Assembly (NCBI GenBank): GCA_963663385.2
Contig: CAXXXD010000003.1
Coordinates: forward strand, 1,408,001 to 1,472,000
Origin: Oceanispirochaeta sp.
GTDB taxonomy: Bacteria > Spirochaetota > Spirochaetia > DSM-2461
Reading direction: 5' to 3'
Length of the DNA: 64,000 nt
A program made the translations under genes and the position numbers. A model generated the notes under the pieces. It saw nothing but the letters and a program-made list of their open reading frames with translations. It made no database searches and was not told the origin of the DNA. Each line of letters begins with the position of its first letter. The first letter of the stretch is position 1. Below are positions 39,013 through 49,006 of this stretch, one piece after another.

Positions 39013-39512
39013 TCCAGTATCCAGCCTTCCAACAGTTCAATCTCTTTCTTCTCAATATCAATTGGACCAATAAATACCGCAGAAAAGGGTACCATTTTAT
39101 TTTCACCATTATCCATTTCAATTTCCAGGAGCTCTCCGCCGCCGCCTTCGATTATTGACCGAACAACTCCGACTTTTCTCCCTTCCAGAATTAAATGACA
39201 GCCGTAAAGATCCGCATGATAAAACTCATCTTCATCCAGTGAAGCACCCATTTCCCGGGGAACCCATATCTCCCAATTGGAAAACAGTTTCCCTTCTTCG
39301 GGCGTATCAATCCCCTTCAGTTTTAAAAGAACCTGATTCCCGTTGGGCTTTACAGCTTCTACTTCAAAACTCCGGGAGGAATTTCCTTTTTTCAGAAAAA
39401 CACGTTCCAGCTTGAATAAGTGTTCCGTTTCTCCTGAAAAACTCTTCACCTTCAAATAGCCACGGACTCCATGAGTCGTCCGCACAGTGCCGATAGCTAT
39501 CTGTTCAGTCAT
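39009..39512 (-). CDS. rimM: ribosome maturation factor RimM
   Basis: HGVRG, EFYHADL; operon position. Confidence 0.95.
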   Translation of the reverse strand: MTEQIAIGTVRTTHGVRGYLKVKSFSGETEHLFKLERVFLKKGNSSRSFEVEAVKPNGNQVLLKLKGIDTPEEGKLFSNWEIWVPREMGASLDEDEFYHADLYGCHLILEGRKVGVVRSIIEGGGGELLEIEMDNGENKMVPFSAVFIGPIDIEKKEIELLEGWILD

Positions 39513-39745
39513 TAGTCCAGAATTTCCAGCACAAATCTTTTTCCGGATTTATTCGCGGATGCACTCAGAATTGTCCGGACAGCTTTGGCTATACGGCCGT
39601 GCTTTCCAATGACTTTCCCTATGTCATCATCTGCAACTTTCAATTCCAGAATAGTGGATTTTTCACCTTCAATCATATTAACCACGACATTATCTGAATC
39701 ATCCACCAATGATTTTGCTATAAACTCAACTAATTCTTTTTCCAC
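39512..39745 (-). CDS. khpA: KH-domain RNA-binding protein
   Basis: DIGKVIGKHGR; between rpsP and rimM. Confidence 0.93.
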   Translation of the reverse strand: MEKELVEFIAKSLVDDSDNVVVNMIEGEKSTILELKVADDDIGKVIGKHGRIAKAVRTILSASANKSGKRFVLEILD

Positions 39746-39763
39746 GATAACTCCCGTCAGTTG

Positions 39764-40012
39764 CTATTTAATTGTAAAATTGTTCTTGTTCAGAAGCTTC
39801 CGTACGGTATCAGTAGGCTGAGCACCTTTGTTAATCCATTCGCGAACTTTAGTCTCTTCAAACTTAACCTGTTTTCCTTCTGCTTCAACGGGGTGATAGT
39901 AACCCAGCTCTTCAATGGTTCGACCATCTCTGGGAGCTCTTGAATCCATAACAACTATTCTGTAATACGGGCGCTTTTTTGACCCCATTCTTTTCAATCT
40001 TATCTTAACCAC
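39764..40012 (-). CDS. rpsP: 30S ribosomal protein S16
   Basis: VKIRLKRMG...PYYRIVV...RDG. Confidence 0.98.
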   Translation of the reverse strand: MVKIRLKRMGSKKRPYYRIVVMDSRAPRDGRTIEELGYYHPVEAEGKQVKFEETKVREWINKGAQPTDTVRKLLNKNNFTIK

Positions 40013-40030
40013 TTACTAATTCTCCTGAGT

Positions 40031-41365
40031 TTAAGACATTCCACCAAGCTGAGACATCAACTGAGCCTGGTATTTCTTATTTTTGCTGATTTTTTTCATC
40101 ATCAGCCGCATTTTCTCGAAGTTTTTCAAGAGTCGGTTCACATCGGCTACTGAAGAACCGCTGCCCAAAGCAATACGCCGCTTACGGGGTGGTCCGATAA
40201 TCCTGTGATTCCGTCTCTCCTGAATTGTCATCGAGAGAATAATAGCCTCTTCCCGTTTCAGGGCTTTCTCGTCAATATCATCCTCGCTTACCTTCCCTGC
40301 CAATCCGGGAATCATACCGAGGAGTGATTGAACACTGCCCATCTTACGCATTTTCTGAAACTGATCCAGATAATCTTCCAGCGTAAAAGTAGCGGAAGCC
40401 ATCTTTTTCTGAAGCTTCAGAGCATCTTCTTCTGAGGCCTGCTCCTGAGCTTTTTCCACCAGTGAAACAATATCACCCATACCGAGTATCCGGGAGGCGA
40501 TCCGTTCGGGATAGAAAGGCTCAAGATCATCTATTTTTTCACCGACTCCGATAAACTTGATTGGTTTCCCTGTGATGCTCTTGAGGGAAAGAGCAGCACC
40601 GCCGCGTGTATCGGAGTCAAATTTACTTAATATAACACCGCTGAGTTCAAGTTCCTCATTAAAGGTCTTGGCAATATCAACGGCACTCTGACCGGTCATG
40701 GAGTCTGCAACCAGAATGGTTTCTTCCGGTTTGACCGAGTTTTTGATATCATGAATTTCCTTCATCATATCCGTATCGATCTGCAGCCGTCCGGCCGTAT
40801 CTATAATAACTGTATTATACTGAAATTTCCTGGCATGTTTAAGAGCATTCTTTGCTACTTTAACAGCATTTTTCGTATCTTCCTTATAAACATCCACACC
40901 GATCTGCTCACCCAGAACAGTCAGCTGCTGAACGGCGGCAGGTCTTACCAGGTCACAGGCTACGAGAAGGGGTCTACGGCCCTCCTTCTTCAACCGGGCG
41001 GCCAGCTTGGCTGCCGTTGTTGTTTTACCCGAACCCTGAAGCCCCAGAAACAGTATGGATGATACAGTATCAGGCCCCTTAAGTTCCAGATCCTGTTTTT
41101 TATCACCCAGTAAAGCGACCATCCTGTCATGAACGATCTTGATAAACATTTGACTGGGGTCGACTGCTTTAAGAACTTTCTCACCCCGGGCATCTTCGAT
41201 TGTGCTGTTTACGAAACGTCGAACAACCCGGATATTGACATCAGCATCGAGCAGAGCCAGCTTAATTTCATTTACAGCATCTTCAATATTTTTATCCGAG
41301 ATTTTTCCTTTACCGGCCAGCTGTCTGGAGACATCGGAAAATTTCTCTGTTAATTTTTCCAGCAT
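40031..41365 (-). CDS. ffh: signal recognition particle protein
   Basis: GLQGSGKTT, DTAGR, Met-rich M domain. Confidence 0.98.
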   Translation of the reverse strand: MLEKLTEKFSDVSRQLAGKGKISDKNIEDAVNEIKLALLDADVNIRVVRRFVNSTIEDARGEKVLKAVDPSQMFIKIVHDRMVALLGDKKQDLELKGPDTVSSILFLGLQGSGKTTTAAKLAARLKKEGRRPLLVACDLVRPAAVQQLTVLGEQIGVDVYKEDTKNAVKVAKNALKHARKFQYNTVIIDTAGRLQIDTDMMKEIHDIKNSVKPEETILVADSMTGQSAVDIAKTFNEELELSGVILSKFDSDTRGGAALSLKSITGKPIKFIGVGEKIDDLEPFYPERIASRILGMGDIVSLVEKAQEQASEEDALKLQKKMASATFTLEDYLDQFQKMRKMGSVQSLLGMIPGLAGKVSEDDIDEKALKREEAIILSMTIQERRNHRIIGPPRKRRIALGSGSSVADVNRLLKNFEKMRLMMKKISKNKKYQAQLMSQLGGMS

Positions 41366-41455
41366 AAAACTTTAGTACGTCCTCTTAAAGTTATCCCGAT
41401 TTTATACCGCGTTAACCATGAATTTGTCAACACCATATAGAGTTAAACCACGCTT

Positions 41456-42898
41456 TTATTGCACTTTGAAGTAATGTCTGTCAAGGTAACGCAACCGTTC
41501 CTCAGCTTTAAAGCGCTCCAGTGACACAGGGTATTTGTCCAGTATCAGCAAATAACACGCTTTTGCCTGCTCAAGAGACTGACCGGATCCCGGCTGTTCA
41601 TATTTTTCAGCCAGAGCCAGCAGTTCCTGCGCATCAAGGGTCCCGAGTACCGGACTGAAAACATCTACTTCAGCAGGACGGCCCTGTAACTCCGCAACAC
41701 TGTCATTAGACACAGCCGGTTCAATTTCGGCATCTGCAGATCTTTGTTCAAAAGGATTATTCTCTGAATCTGAAACTTTTTCCGTTTCCTCAACAGGGAT
41801 ATCCTGTACGGCGACATCAGTTCCGGCAGTTTCAACCTCATGGCCGGCAAACAGCTCTTCTTCAACTAAAACTATATATTTCTGATCCTCACCGGAAAAG
41901 AGGTTCTGTTTCAGCATGCTCAGTTCCAGTTCTTCCGGCTTGCCTTTCAGCTTGAAAATAAAATTCGTACGCTTTTCGCTAGGATCATAATTTTTATCCG
42001 CCAGGTAAAGGGATGATGAATCCGGGGACAAGACCGACAGGAATATCCATCCGGAACCCTCCAGAGAGATAACAATCCTTTCAAGATGATCAAGAACTAC
42101 GGTGTAGTTCCCTTTATCCATAAGGATATCCTCAGACAGAGGAGATGGATCTGCAACTGGGTCAACCAAACCCCGTTCCTCCTGTTCCAGAATTTCATAT
42201 TTATCCCGGTCAGTCTCTATAGTCAGAGGCACAATCTTACTACCTGTAACTGGAGCGGCCTTTTCCTGATTATCCATTAACGGGTTTACAGGAATTTCTA
42301 CTAGTTCAGATGGCAGGGAGTAATCCGCCCTGCCGGAATAAACGGGTGCAGGAGGTTCCTCTACGGCAGGAGGTTCCTCTACGGCAGGAGGTTCCTCTAC
42401 GGCAGGAGATTCCTCTACGGCAGGAGATTCCTCTACGGCAGGAGATTCCTCTACGGCAGGAGATTCCTCTACGGCAGGAGATTCCTCTACGGCAGGAGAT
42501 TCCTCTACGGCATGAGGTTCCTCTACGGCAGGAGATTCCTCTACGGCAGGAGGTTCCTCTACGGCAGGAAGGTCCTTTTTTAGATCACCCTTTACTGGAT
42601 TCTCGTTCTTTACAACTTTGGAAGAGGAACTGTAAGTCTCTCCGGCTGAAATCTCAATTATCCCGCCGGCTTTCTCAAAATTTTCCTGCGGAATCAATAC
42701 AGATTCTTCTTCCGCTGTATCATCTCCCGGTTCAGCAACAGGCAGGGACGCGCCTTCCGCCTTACCTTCGATCACCGCATCTTCCCGGATCTCTTCATTT
42801 TCTACCGGTACTGATGATTGGCAGGCCAAAAAAAGAGACAACAGGAATCCTGTTCCTGCAAGACGTGTAAGTGAATACAGTATCCCTTTAAGGCGCAT
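41456..42898 (-). CDS. acidic lipoprotein with PAVEE(S/P) tandem repeat and C-terminal TPR-like helices
   Basis: LFLA-C lipobox; repeat region; C-terminal helical segment. Confidence 0.8.
   Translation of the reverse strand: MRLKGILYSLTRLAGTGFLLSLFLACQSSVPVENEEIREDAVIEGKAEGASLPVAEPGDDTAEEESVLIPQENFEKAGGIIEISAGETYSSSSKVVKNENPVKGDLKKDLPAVEEPPAVEESPAVEEPHAVEESPAVEESPAVEESPAVEESPAVEESPAVEESPAVEEPPAVEEPPAVEEPPAPVYSGRADYSLPSELVEIPVNPLMDNQEKAAPVTGSKIVPLTIETDRDKYEILEQEERGLVDPVADPSPLSEDILMDKGNYTVVLDHLERIVISLEGSGWIFLSVLSPDSSSLYLADKNYDPSEKRTNFIFKLKGKPEELELSMLKQNLFSGEDQKYIVLVEEELFAGHEVETAGTDVAVQDIPVEETEKVSDSENNPFEQRSADAEIEPAVSNDSVAELQGRPAEVDVFSPVLGTLDAQELLALAEKYEQPGSGQSLEQAKACYLLILDKYPVSLERFKAEERLRYLDRHYFKVQ
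42348..42569. repeat. 18-bp coding tandem repeat, 12 units plus a partial
   Basis: GCAGGAG(G/A)TTCCTCTACG head-to-tail with no spacers; one unit has GCAT. Confidence 0.97.
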
Positions 42899-43283
42899 CT
42901 TTTAAAATATCCCAAACCAGCCTGTGATTTGCTTCTGTAAAATAATCAAGATCACTCCGGTCCGCCGGAATCCAGAATTCACTGACTTCCCCGTTAACCC
43001 AGGGGATCTCACTTGTACGGTAATAGTCCATCTCGAGAAACAGCTCCTCCAGTTCTTCAAAATACAGGATACTGCACTGAGACTGACTGGCTACGGACTC
43101 ATCAAGCTGTTCCAGATCATAAGCCATCTTTTTCTGTTCTTCCTTGTTGACACTCCGGTCTTCAAGCAGATCCCGGATAAAAAGGACCCCTACAATAAGC
43201 AGGGAAAGGGATGCCATCCCAATACCGATATGGATAAAAACTTTTTTATCCAAACCTGAAAAAATACGTCTAAGCGGGTTCAT
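42888..43283 (-). CDS. hypothetical protein with single TM anchor
   Basis: One TM helix; overlaps both smc and the lipoprotein gene. Confidence 0.75.
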   Translation of the reverse strand: MNPLRRIFSGLDKKVFIHIGIGMASLSLLIVGVLFIRDLLEDRSVNKEEQKKMAYDLEQLDESVASQSQCSILYFEELEELFLEMDYYRTSEIPWVNGEVSEFWIPADRSDLDYFTEANHRLVWDILKDAP

Positions 43284-46062
43284 TTACCAGTTCTCCAATT
43301 TTCATAGCCAGAAGCTTGGAAATACCGGATTCCTGCATGGTCACACCCAACAGGGTCTTTGCACCGGTTACAGTCTTCTTATTATGAGTAATAACAATAA
43401 ACTGAGACATTTCTCCAAATTCAATCAGCACATTAACAAATCTCTGAATATTGGCATCATCCAGAGCCGCATCAATCTCATCCAGGATACAAAAAGGAGA
43501 CGGTTTAACCATATAGGTGGCAAAAAGCAGGGCGACACCCGTCAGAGACCGTTCCCCGCCAGAAAGGAGAGAGATATTCTCCAGCTTTTTACCGGGGGGC
43601 TGGGCGTATATCTCGATCCCGGATTCCAGAATATTATCAGGATCAAGCAGCTTCAATTCCGCCCGGCCGCCACCGAACATCCTGCGGAATATTTCATGAA
43701 AGTTTGCTTTGATCTGATTGTATGTACGGCTGAAGAGCTGAGCAGATTCTTTTCGGATCTCCATGGTTACCTTTACAAGATTCTCACGCGCCTGTTCCAG
43801 ATCATTCAATTGAGTGTTTAAGAAATCATAGCGTTCTTTGATCTCTATAAACTCTTCAGGTGCCATCAGGTTAACCTGCCCCAAAGATTTCAACTTTTCT
43901 CTGGTAATATTGTAGGTTTCACGTAGATCCTGTCTGGATTTTGAAATGGAAGGGATCCGGTCAAAATACTTACTGATCTCGGAAGCATTATTATCCCTGA
44001 AATTCTGCGACAGATTTTCCATTTCTTCCCGCACATGCCCTATCTCTATTGTAATTTTTTCAAGATTCAGGATGAGATCCTGGAGAGAGGAATTTTTCTT
44101 CTTTAACTCCCCTTCCTTTCCGCTGACATCTCTATTTCGGGATTGGATACTCTCCTCCAGCTCCTTCAGCTTTTTCTGAAGAGCCGTTTTATTTTCATCA
44201 AGGTTTTTTACCTGGACTTCGGCGTCAAGGATTTTTTCAAGACTCTCTTCAATCCGTTTTTCCAAACGCCCAATCTCTTCCAGATTATCCCTGAGCTGAT
44301 CCTCATAGTTGATTTTTTCCGACGCCAGACTCTTCAAATTATCCTGAATAGCAGAAACCTGAGTTGCCATCCTGGCACGATTAACACGAAGCTCTTCAAG
44401 GGTGGCCCTGAATTCCTGAATCTTCTTTACCAGCTGTCTGTTATCTTCTGCTGTAGAGTGAATAATGCCACGGGATTTTTTCAGATTGTTTTTTATATCA
44501 ACAAGCTTTTCGTCAATCTCCCTTTTGCGGGTTATAATTCCTTCCGGAGCCAGAAAATCGTTAAGAAAGTCCGGTTCAAGACCTGAATAGCTATCTAGAT
44601 CCTTTTTCAGTTTCTCCAGGGATACTTTTATACCCTTAAGCCCTTTTATCCCGGAATCCCAGACTTCCGAATCATCCCTTCCTGCGCCGACTCTTCCGGC
44701 ATCTTCCCAGAGAGAGAGTTTTCCCTCCAGCTGAATCAGGATGGACTGAAGATTCTCTTCCATCTGCTCTTTCAGAACCGAACGCTGCTTCAGGGAGATT
44801 CCCGATTCTTTCAGCCCCGTATCCAGCTGATTTACAATATCATCTGTCAATGTTCTCAGATTTTCCTGAAGGGACTCCTGCTCTATCTCCCACCTGGCAA
44901 TATTTTCTTCATTCCGGGAAATTACCTTTCCATTTTCCGTGATACGGCTTTCTGAGGTCTCTATGCTTTTCTGAAAATTGAGAATGTTATTCTCTATATC
45001 CTTGAGCTGATCATTATACTCCTGCAGTTTGGCGCGTTTATCCTCCTCTTCCTGCCTGAGGACATCCACCTTTCCGTTGATATCTTTTTCTTTCTGTTTC
45101 AACCCGGCAATCTGGGTTTCGACCTCTTTGTTCTGCTCTTTAAGCATCTTGATACGGTTGTACTGATTATCTTTTTCAAGATCGATTCCATAAAGCTTCT
45201 TCTGATCTTCAATCAGTTCCGAAGCCATGGAATTCACTTCATCCATATTGGAAGCCAGATTCCCGTTCAACTGATCAATGCTCTCGATCAGTTTCTGCTT
45301 TTTGGTACTTATCTTTTCATACTGACCTTTCTTGCGGTCAAGATTTTCCTGAAGCTGGTTGTATTTAAGGAGCTGTATATCTATATCGATTGAGTACATC
45401 TCCTCCCGGAGACTCCTGTACTTCAAGGTTTTTTCAGACTGTTTCTTCAGCGTCTCATAACTTTTCCGGACTTCCGAGAGGATATTTTCAACCTGAACCA
45501 TATTCTCTTTAGTTCTTGCCAGCTTCCGTTCGGCCTCACAGCCTTTCATTTTAAAACGTGTAATCCCGGCAGCCTCTTCAAAAAGGTAACGCCGCTCTTC
45601 CGGTTTATTGGACAGGACCTGATCAATTTTCCCCTGCTCCATTATGGAATAGGCAGATTTACCAATCCCCGTATCGTAAAAAATCTCCCGCAGTTCCTTT
45701 AGTTTTACAAGAGTATTATTAACAAAATACTCACTCTCTCCACTGCGATAAAGGCGACGCTTGATTGAGATTTCCGGCAGATCCAGATCCAGTATATTTT
45801 CTTCATTGGAAACAACCAGGGTTACTTCGGCAACATTCAGAGCTTTACGGCTCTCAGTACCGTTAAAGATGACATCTTCCATTTTTTCCGCCCGCATATT
45901 GCGGGTAGACTGCTCCCCTAAAACCCATTTGATGGAATCGACAATATTACTCTTGCCGCAGCCATTGGGACCGAGGAGTGCGGTTATTCCTTCTGTAAAA
46001 TCAATTTGAGTTCTATCTGCGAAAGACTTGAAACCCAAGAGCTCTATTCTTTTTAGAAACAC
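43270..46062 (-). CDS. smc: chromosome segregation SMC protein (short spirochaete type)
   Basis: GFKSF, GPNGCGKS, Q-loop, coiled coils, LSGGE, LDEIDAALD; GTG start. Confidence 0.92.
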   Translation of the reverse strand: MFLKRIELLGFKSFADRTQIDFTEGITALLGPNGCGKSNIVDSIKWVLGEQSTRNMRAEKMEDVIFNGTESRKALNVAEVTLVVSNEENILDLDLPEISIKRRLYRSGESEYFVNNTLVKLKELREIFYDTGIGKSAYSIMEQGKIDQVLSNKPEERRYLFEEAAGITRFKMKGCEAERKLARTKENMVQVENILSEVRKSYETLKKQSEKTLKYRSLREEMYSIDIDIQLLKYNQLQENLDRKKGQYEKISTKKQKLIESIDQLNGNLASNMDEVNSMASELIEDQKKLYGIDLEKDNQYNRIKMLKEQNKEVETQIAGLKQKEKDINGKVDVLRQEEEDKRAKLQEYNDQLKDIENNILNFQKSIETSESRITENGKVISRNEENIARWEIEQESLQENLRTLTDDIVNQLDTGLKESGISLKQRSVLKEQMEENLQSILIQLEGKLSLWEDAGRVGAGRDDSEVWDSGIKGLKGIKVSLEKLKKDLDSYSGLEPDFLNDFLAPEGIITRKREIDEKLVDIKNNLKKSRGIIHSTAEDNRQLVKKIQEFRATLEELRVNRARMATQVSAIQDNLKSLASEKINYEDQLRDNLEEIGRLEKRIEESLEKILDAEVQVKNLDENKTALQKKLKELEESIQSRNRDVSGKEGELKKKNSSLQDLILNLEKITIEIGHVREEMENLSQNFRDNNASEISKYFDRIPSISKSRQDLRETYNITREKLKSLGQVNLMAPEEFIEIKERYDFLNTQLNDLEQARENLVKVTMEIRKESAQLFSRTYNQIKANFHEIFRRMFGGGRAELKLLDPDNILESGIEIYAQPPGKKLENISLLSGGERSLTGVALLFATYMVKPSPFCILDEIDAALDDANIQRFVNVLIEFGEMSQFIVITHNKKTVTGAKTLLGVTMQESGISKLLAMKIGELVNEPA

Positions 46063-46179
46063 AAAGCCTCCAACTGATTATTAACGTATCATAACATAAT
46101 CCGGCGAATTATTCAGCCGCCAGATTATTAATTCATACAGGAATGAAAAAGGGATGGGTATTATTTATTGAGGAATTTT

Positions 46180-46635
46180 TTATTTCAGACGTTTTTTAAT
46201 AACATCAACAGCCTGATCAAATCCATCCAGAAATACCTGAAGGTTGCGGTTAAAAACCCTTACAGCAATATTTTCGTAGTTTTCATCGTTATTGATGCGG
46301 CTTTCGGCCATTGTAAGATACAGTTCGCCGGATTTGGAAGATTTAACCATAAAAGAGTATTTTCTTTTGCCTGATCCTGTTTTCAATTCACTGTCAAACG
46401 GCTGAATGGAGGCTTTCATCTTTCCTACGGCCTCTTCAAAATACTGCAGGAATTTCGGCAGATCTTCCATATATACGATAAGGGAGAATCGTTTAAACTG
46501 ATTCTCCTTCTTTTTGCTTTCTACAAGATTCAGAAAAAGATCTCCATAACGGTTCTCCTTCACATTGAAAAAATAAGTTAAGCTTCCGTCCTCAGCAAAA
46601 CGTTTCGATGTAAAGATTTCCCCTCTCTGGCCCAT
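46180..46635 (-). CDS. PUR-family (DUF3276/BpuR-like) nucleic-acid-binding protein with two repeats
   Basis: TYFFNVKENRYGDLFLNLVESK and a second copy KYSFMVKSSKSGELYLTMAESR. Confidence 0.85.
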   Translation of the reverse strand: MGQRGEIFTSKRFAEDGSLTYFFNVKENRYGDLFLNLVESKKKENQFKRFSLIVYMEDLPKFLQYFEEAVGKMKASIQPFDSELKTGSGKRKYSFMVKSSKSGELYLTMAESRINNDENYENIAVRVFNRNLQVFLDGFDQAVDVIKKRLK

Positions 46636-46666
46636 ATCTCTTTCCTTCTCTTTTTAATCTTGGAGG

Positions 46667-46695
46667 ATCATAACGGATTTACCAGTCTATGGCAA
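46667..46695 (-). promoter_or_regulatory. sigma70 promoter of the PUR gene
   Basis: TTGCCA-17 nt-TATGAT. Confidence 0.65.
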
Positions 46696-46709
46696 CCCGT
46701 CAGATACCC

Positions 46710-48116
46710 CTATTCTTCAGGTTCATCGAAAACTATCAGTGTCCCTTCCGCCCTGATGACATCTCCAGGACTTAACTTCCTGACTTTGACAGGCTGATTA
46801 TTTACCATAACTTCCTTATCGGATTTTAAAGTGTAGGTATTATCCTTCTCCCTGATAATCGTCACACCTGTTTCATCCAGCCCCCCTCTGTCCTGAAAAT
46901 TATCCTCATGTATAATCTCCGTTTTCTGGGGACTGACCGCCAGCAGGGTTCTGTCCTCTGAAATCTGAAGGATCGTACTCGACTCATCCGCGGGAGACAG
47001 AACCTCGAGATGGGTGAAGGGATACAACCGCTCGAAAGGGGTATGATGAATGATTACAATAACAGCCAGCGCCAGTACGCTCAGTGCCAGGAAAACCCAC
47101 CAGGGAAGTTCGGGCGGAAGCCCCCAGAAGATTTCCCATAGATAGGCGAATTCCGGACTGACATATCCACCAGTCATGGATACTCTGATAATCTTCTCCC
47201 GTCCCGTAGTGACACAAGGGGTATAGGTCAGGCGGAATTCTTTACTGATACGTTCATGGATTTCAAGATACGCATCTATCAGTTCATTTCGGGAAGCCGT
47301 CATATAACTCTGCCCCCCTGTTCTCCGAGCCAGTTGATCCAGGGCAGGATCTTTTTCTCTTGTATAAAAAATCGGGTAGAGTGTAATTCCGCTTTTGCGG
47401 AAATGCTCAGCCAGTTTTTCCTGATCAACCAGATTATTTCCCCAGAGAGGGTGGGGTTCTTTTCTGTTTTCCGAGTAGGTGTAGTTTTCTCCGTCCGTCA
47501 GAAGAATCAGAACCTTTCGCCCCCTTCTCATACTGAGTTTTTCCATACAGTCCTTCATGGCCCTGTACAGCTCGGTATAGGATTCATCCTTCCCGGGTCT
47601 GTTAATATTATTCAGGGATTTGTAAAGTGTACTTCTGTCTGAAGTAAAGGGTGTCTCTTCGGAAATATAGGTATTGAAAGTTACTAGGCTTATATTATCC
47701 TTATATTCACTTGTTTTATCGAAAAGGTCCCGCAGAGCGGATACCAGATAGAAAATTCTCTGTTTCTCTCGGTTTTCTTCGGATTTACCGGCTATGGAGT
47801 CATACATGCTGCCAGAATTATCAATCAGAAGGAGAAGAGAAATCTCTTCCTGTGAGAAACCGTTATACTGAAAACTCCTGATTCCGGAGTTGGTCCACTC
47901 ACCGCTTTTTTCATTGAATTCATCCAGTTTAAAATCTTCCACGCCCCAATCTCCGGGAGCTGTTTCTTCTTCAGTCTGCAGGGAAATATATATATCCGCA
48001 GAACCATTAATCAGGATCCCCGATGTATCGACTCCTGTAATACTGATTGGCTCTTCTGATGATACTGCGGTATAACAGAAAACCAGAAATGCTATGGCAA
48101 TAAGTCTTTTCTTCAT
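46710..48116 (-). CDS. exported vWA domain + TM + C-terminal FHA-like domain
   Basis: Signal peptide; MIDAS DNSGS...T...LTDG; TM WWVFLALSVLALAVIVII; C-terminal VMVNNQPV...LSPGDVI. Confidence 0.85.
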   Translation of the reverse strand: MKKRLIAIAFLVFCYTAVSSEEPISITGVDTSGILINGSADIYISLQTEEETAPGDWGVEDFKLDEFNEKSGEWTNSGIRSFQYNGFSQEEISLLLLIDNSGSMYDSIAGKSEENREKQRIFYLVSALRDLFDKTSEYKDNISLVTFNTYISEETPFTSDRSTLYKSLNNINRPGKDESYTELYRAMKDCMEKLSMRRGRKVLILLTDGENYTYSENRKEPHPLWGNNLVDQEKLAEHFRKSGITLYPIFYTREKDPALDQLARRTGGQSYMTASRNELIDAYLEIHERISKEFRLTYTPCVTTGREKIIRVSMTGGYVSPEFAYLWEIFWGLPPELPWWVFLALSVLALAVIVIIHHTPFERLYPFTHLEVLSPADESSTILQISEDRTLLAVSPQKTEIIHEDNFQDRGGLDETGVTIIREKDNTYTLKSDKEVMVNNQPVKVRKLSPGDVIRAEGTLIVFDEPEE

Positions 48117-49000
48117 TATCTTACCTCGTACAGGAAGTGGATTTTCCCGATGCCGATGACATCTTCATATTTCAGAGGGTATTCACCGGCCGATTGATCA
48201 TTGATCCGCATATCAAAATCAGGCGACTGCCTGATAATTGAGACGTCCTTTCCTTTTTTCACTACAAGAGCAGCAGTCGCTGGAACAGAACCGTCTCCCT
48301 GGATGATAATGTCATTATTCCTGCCGCTGCCTATGGTTATTCGTCTCTGATTCAAGCGGTACTTCCGACCTTTCTGACTGCCGTTCAGAACCCGCAGGGA
48401 TCCGGAGGATCTTTTCTCTTCCATGAGAGTGTTCAGCAGGGCCGTTCCCAACCCGATAATCAGAAATCCCGGGAGCTTCAGCCAGGAGTCCTGAGGATAC
48501 AGAAGCATGCCCGTTTCTACCAGAAAACCGCCAATTACCCCGGCGGTAATGCCACTGACCAGTCCCGCAGATATCTTAACACCCGAACGGGCTCTCAGAC
48601 CTTCGGCGGTTCCAATAAAAGCTCCCATAATTCCCCAGCTGATAATACGGGCAATATAGTAGGGAACCCTGTATACTTCGGGCAAAAATCCTTCCGGAAG
48701 GATAAGGACAAAGAGGTACTGTCCGGCAAAAGCACCGATAATTCCCCCCAGAGCACCCCAGAGTATCCCCCAAAGCCACTCTCTTCTCATCTTAACGATA
48801 TTTTTATGAAGGATCCCTTCCATGGAAGCCAGAACAGAACTGAGAGCTGCGCCTGTAACAGCTCCGGAAAGGATCAGGACAGACCTGTACCCCGGAAGTC
48901 TATGCTGAATAGACAGAACCAGTTCGAGCAGGGTCCATCCCAAAAGTCCGGCAGAGAAGCCGATGGCCATCCCCACAATATATTTTCCTTTGGTTTTCAT
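48116..49000 (-). CDS. multi-TM membrane protein with C-terminal degenerate FHA domain
   Basis: About six Gly-rich TM helices; LRVLNG..KG..Y.L....TIGS...DIII...LKYEDVIGIG. Confidence 0.8.
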   Translation of the reverse strand: MKTKGKYIVGMAIGFSAGLLGWTLLELVLSIQHRLPGYRSVLILSGAVTGAALSSVLASMEGILHKNIVKMRREWLWGILWGALGGIIGAFAGQYLFVLILPEGFLPEVYRVPYYIARIISWGIMGAFIGTAEGLRARSGVKISAGLVSGITAGVIGGFLVETGMLLYPQDSWLKLPGFLIIGLGTALLNTLMEEKRSSGSLRVLNGSQKGRKYRLNQRRITIGSGRNNDIIIQGDGSVPATAALVVKKGKDVSIIRQSPDFDMRINDQSAGEYPLKYEDVIGIGKIHFLYEVR

Positions 49001-49006
49001 GTGTTA

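Noticed and set aside
42348..42569. Possible CRISPR array
   Set aside because: 18-bp units are contiguous with no spacers, in frame within a CDS, and no cas genes are present
42310..42870. 186-aa plus-strand ORF with QEIPLR repeats
   Set aside because: Antisense shadow of the repeat inside the lipoprotein gene
43144..43821. 225-aa plus-strand ORF, and similar ones such as 48806-49525 and 6583-7131
   Set aside because: Antisense to well-supported genes with no recognisable motifs
46097..46129. Imperfect hairpin between the PUR gene and smc
   Set aside because: No clear U-tract; cannot distinguish terminator from chance
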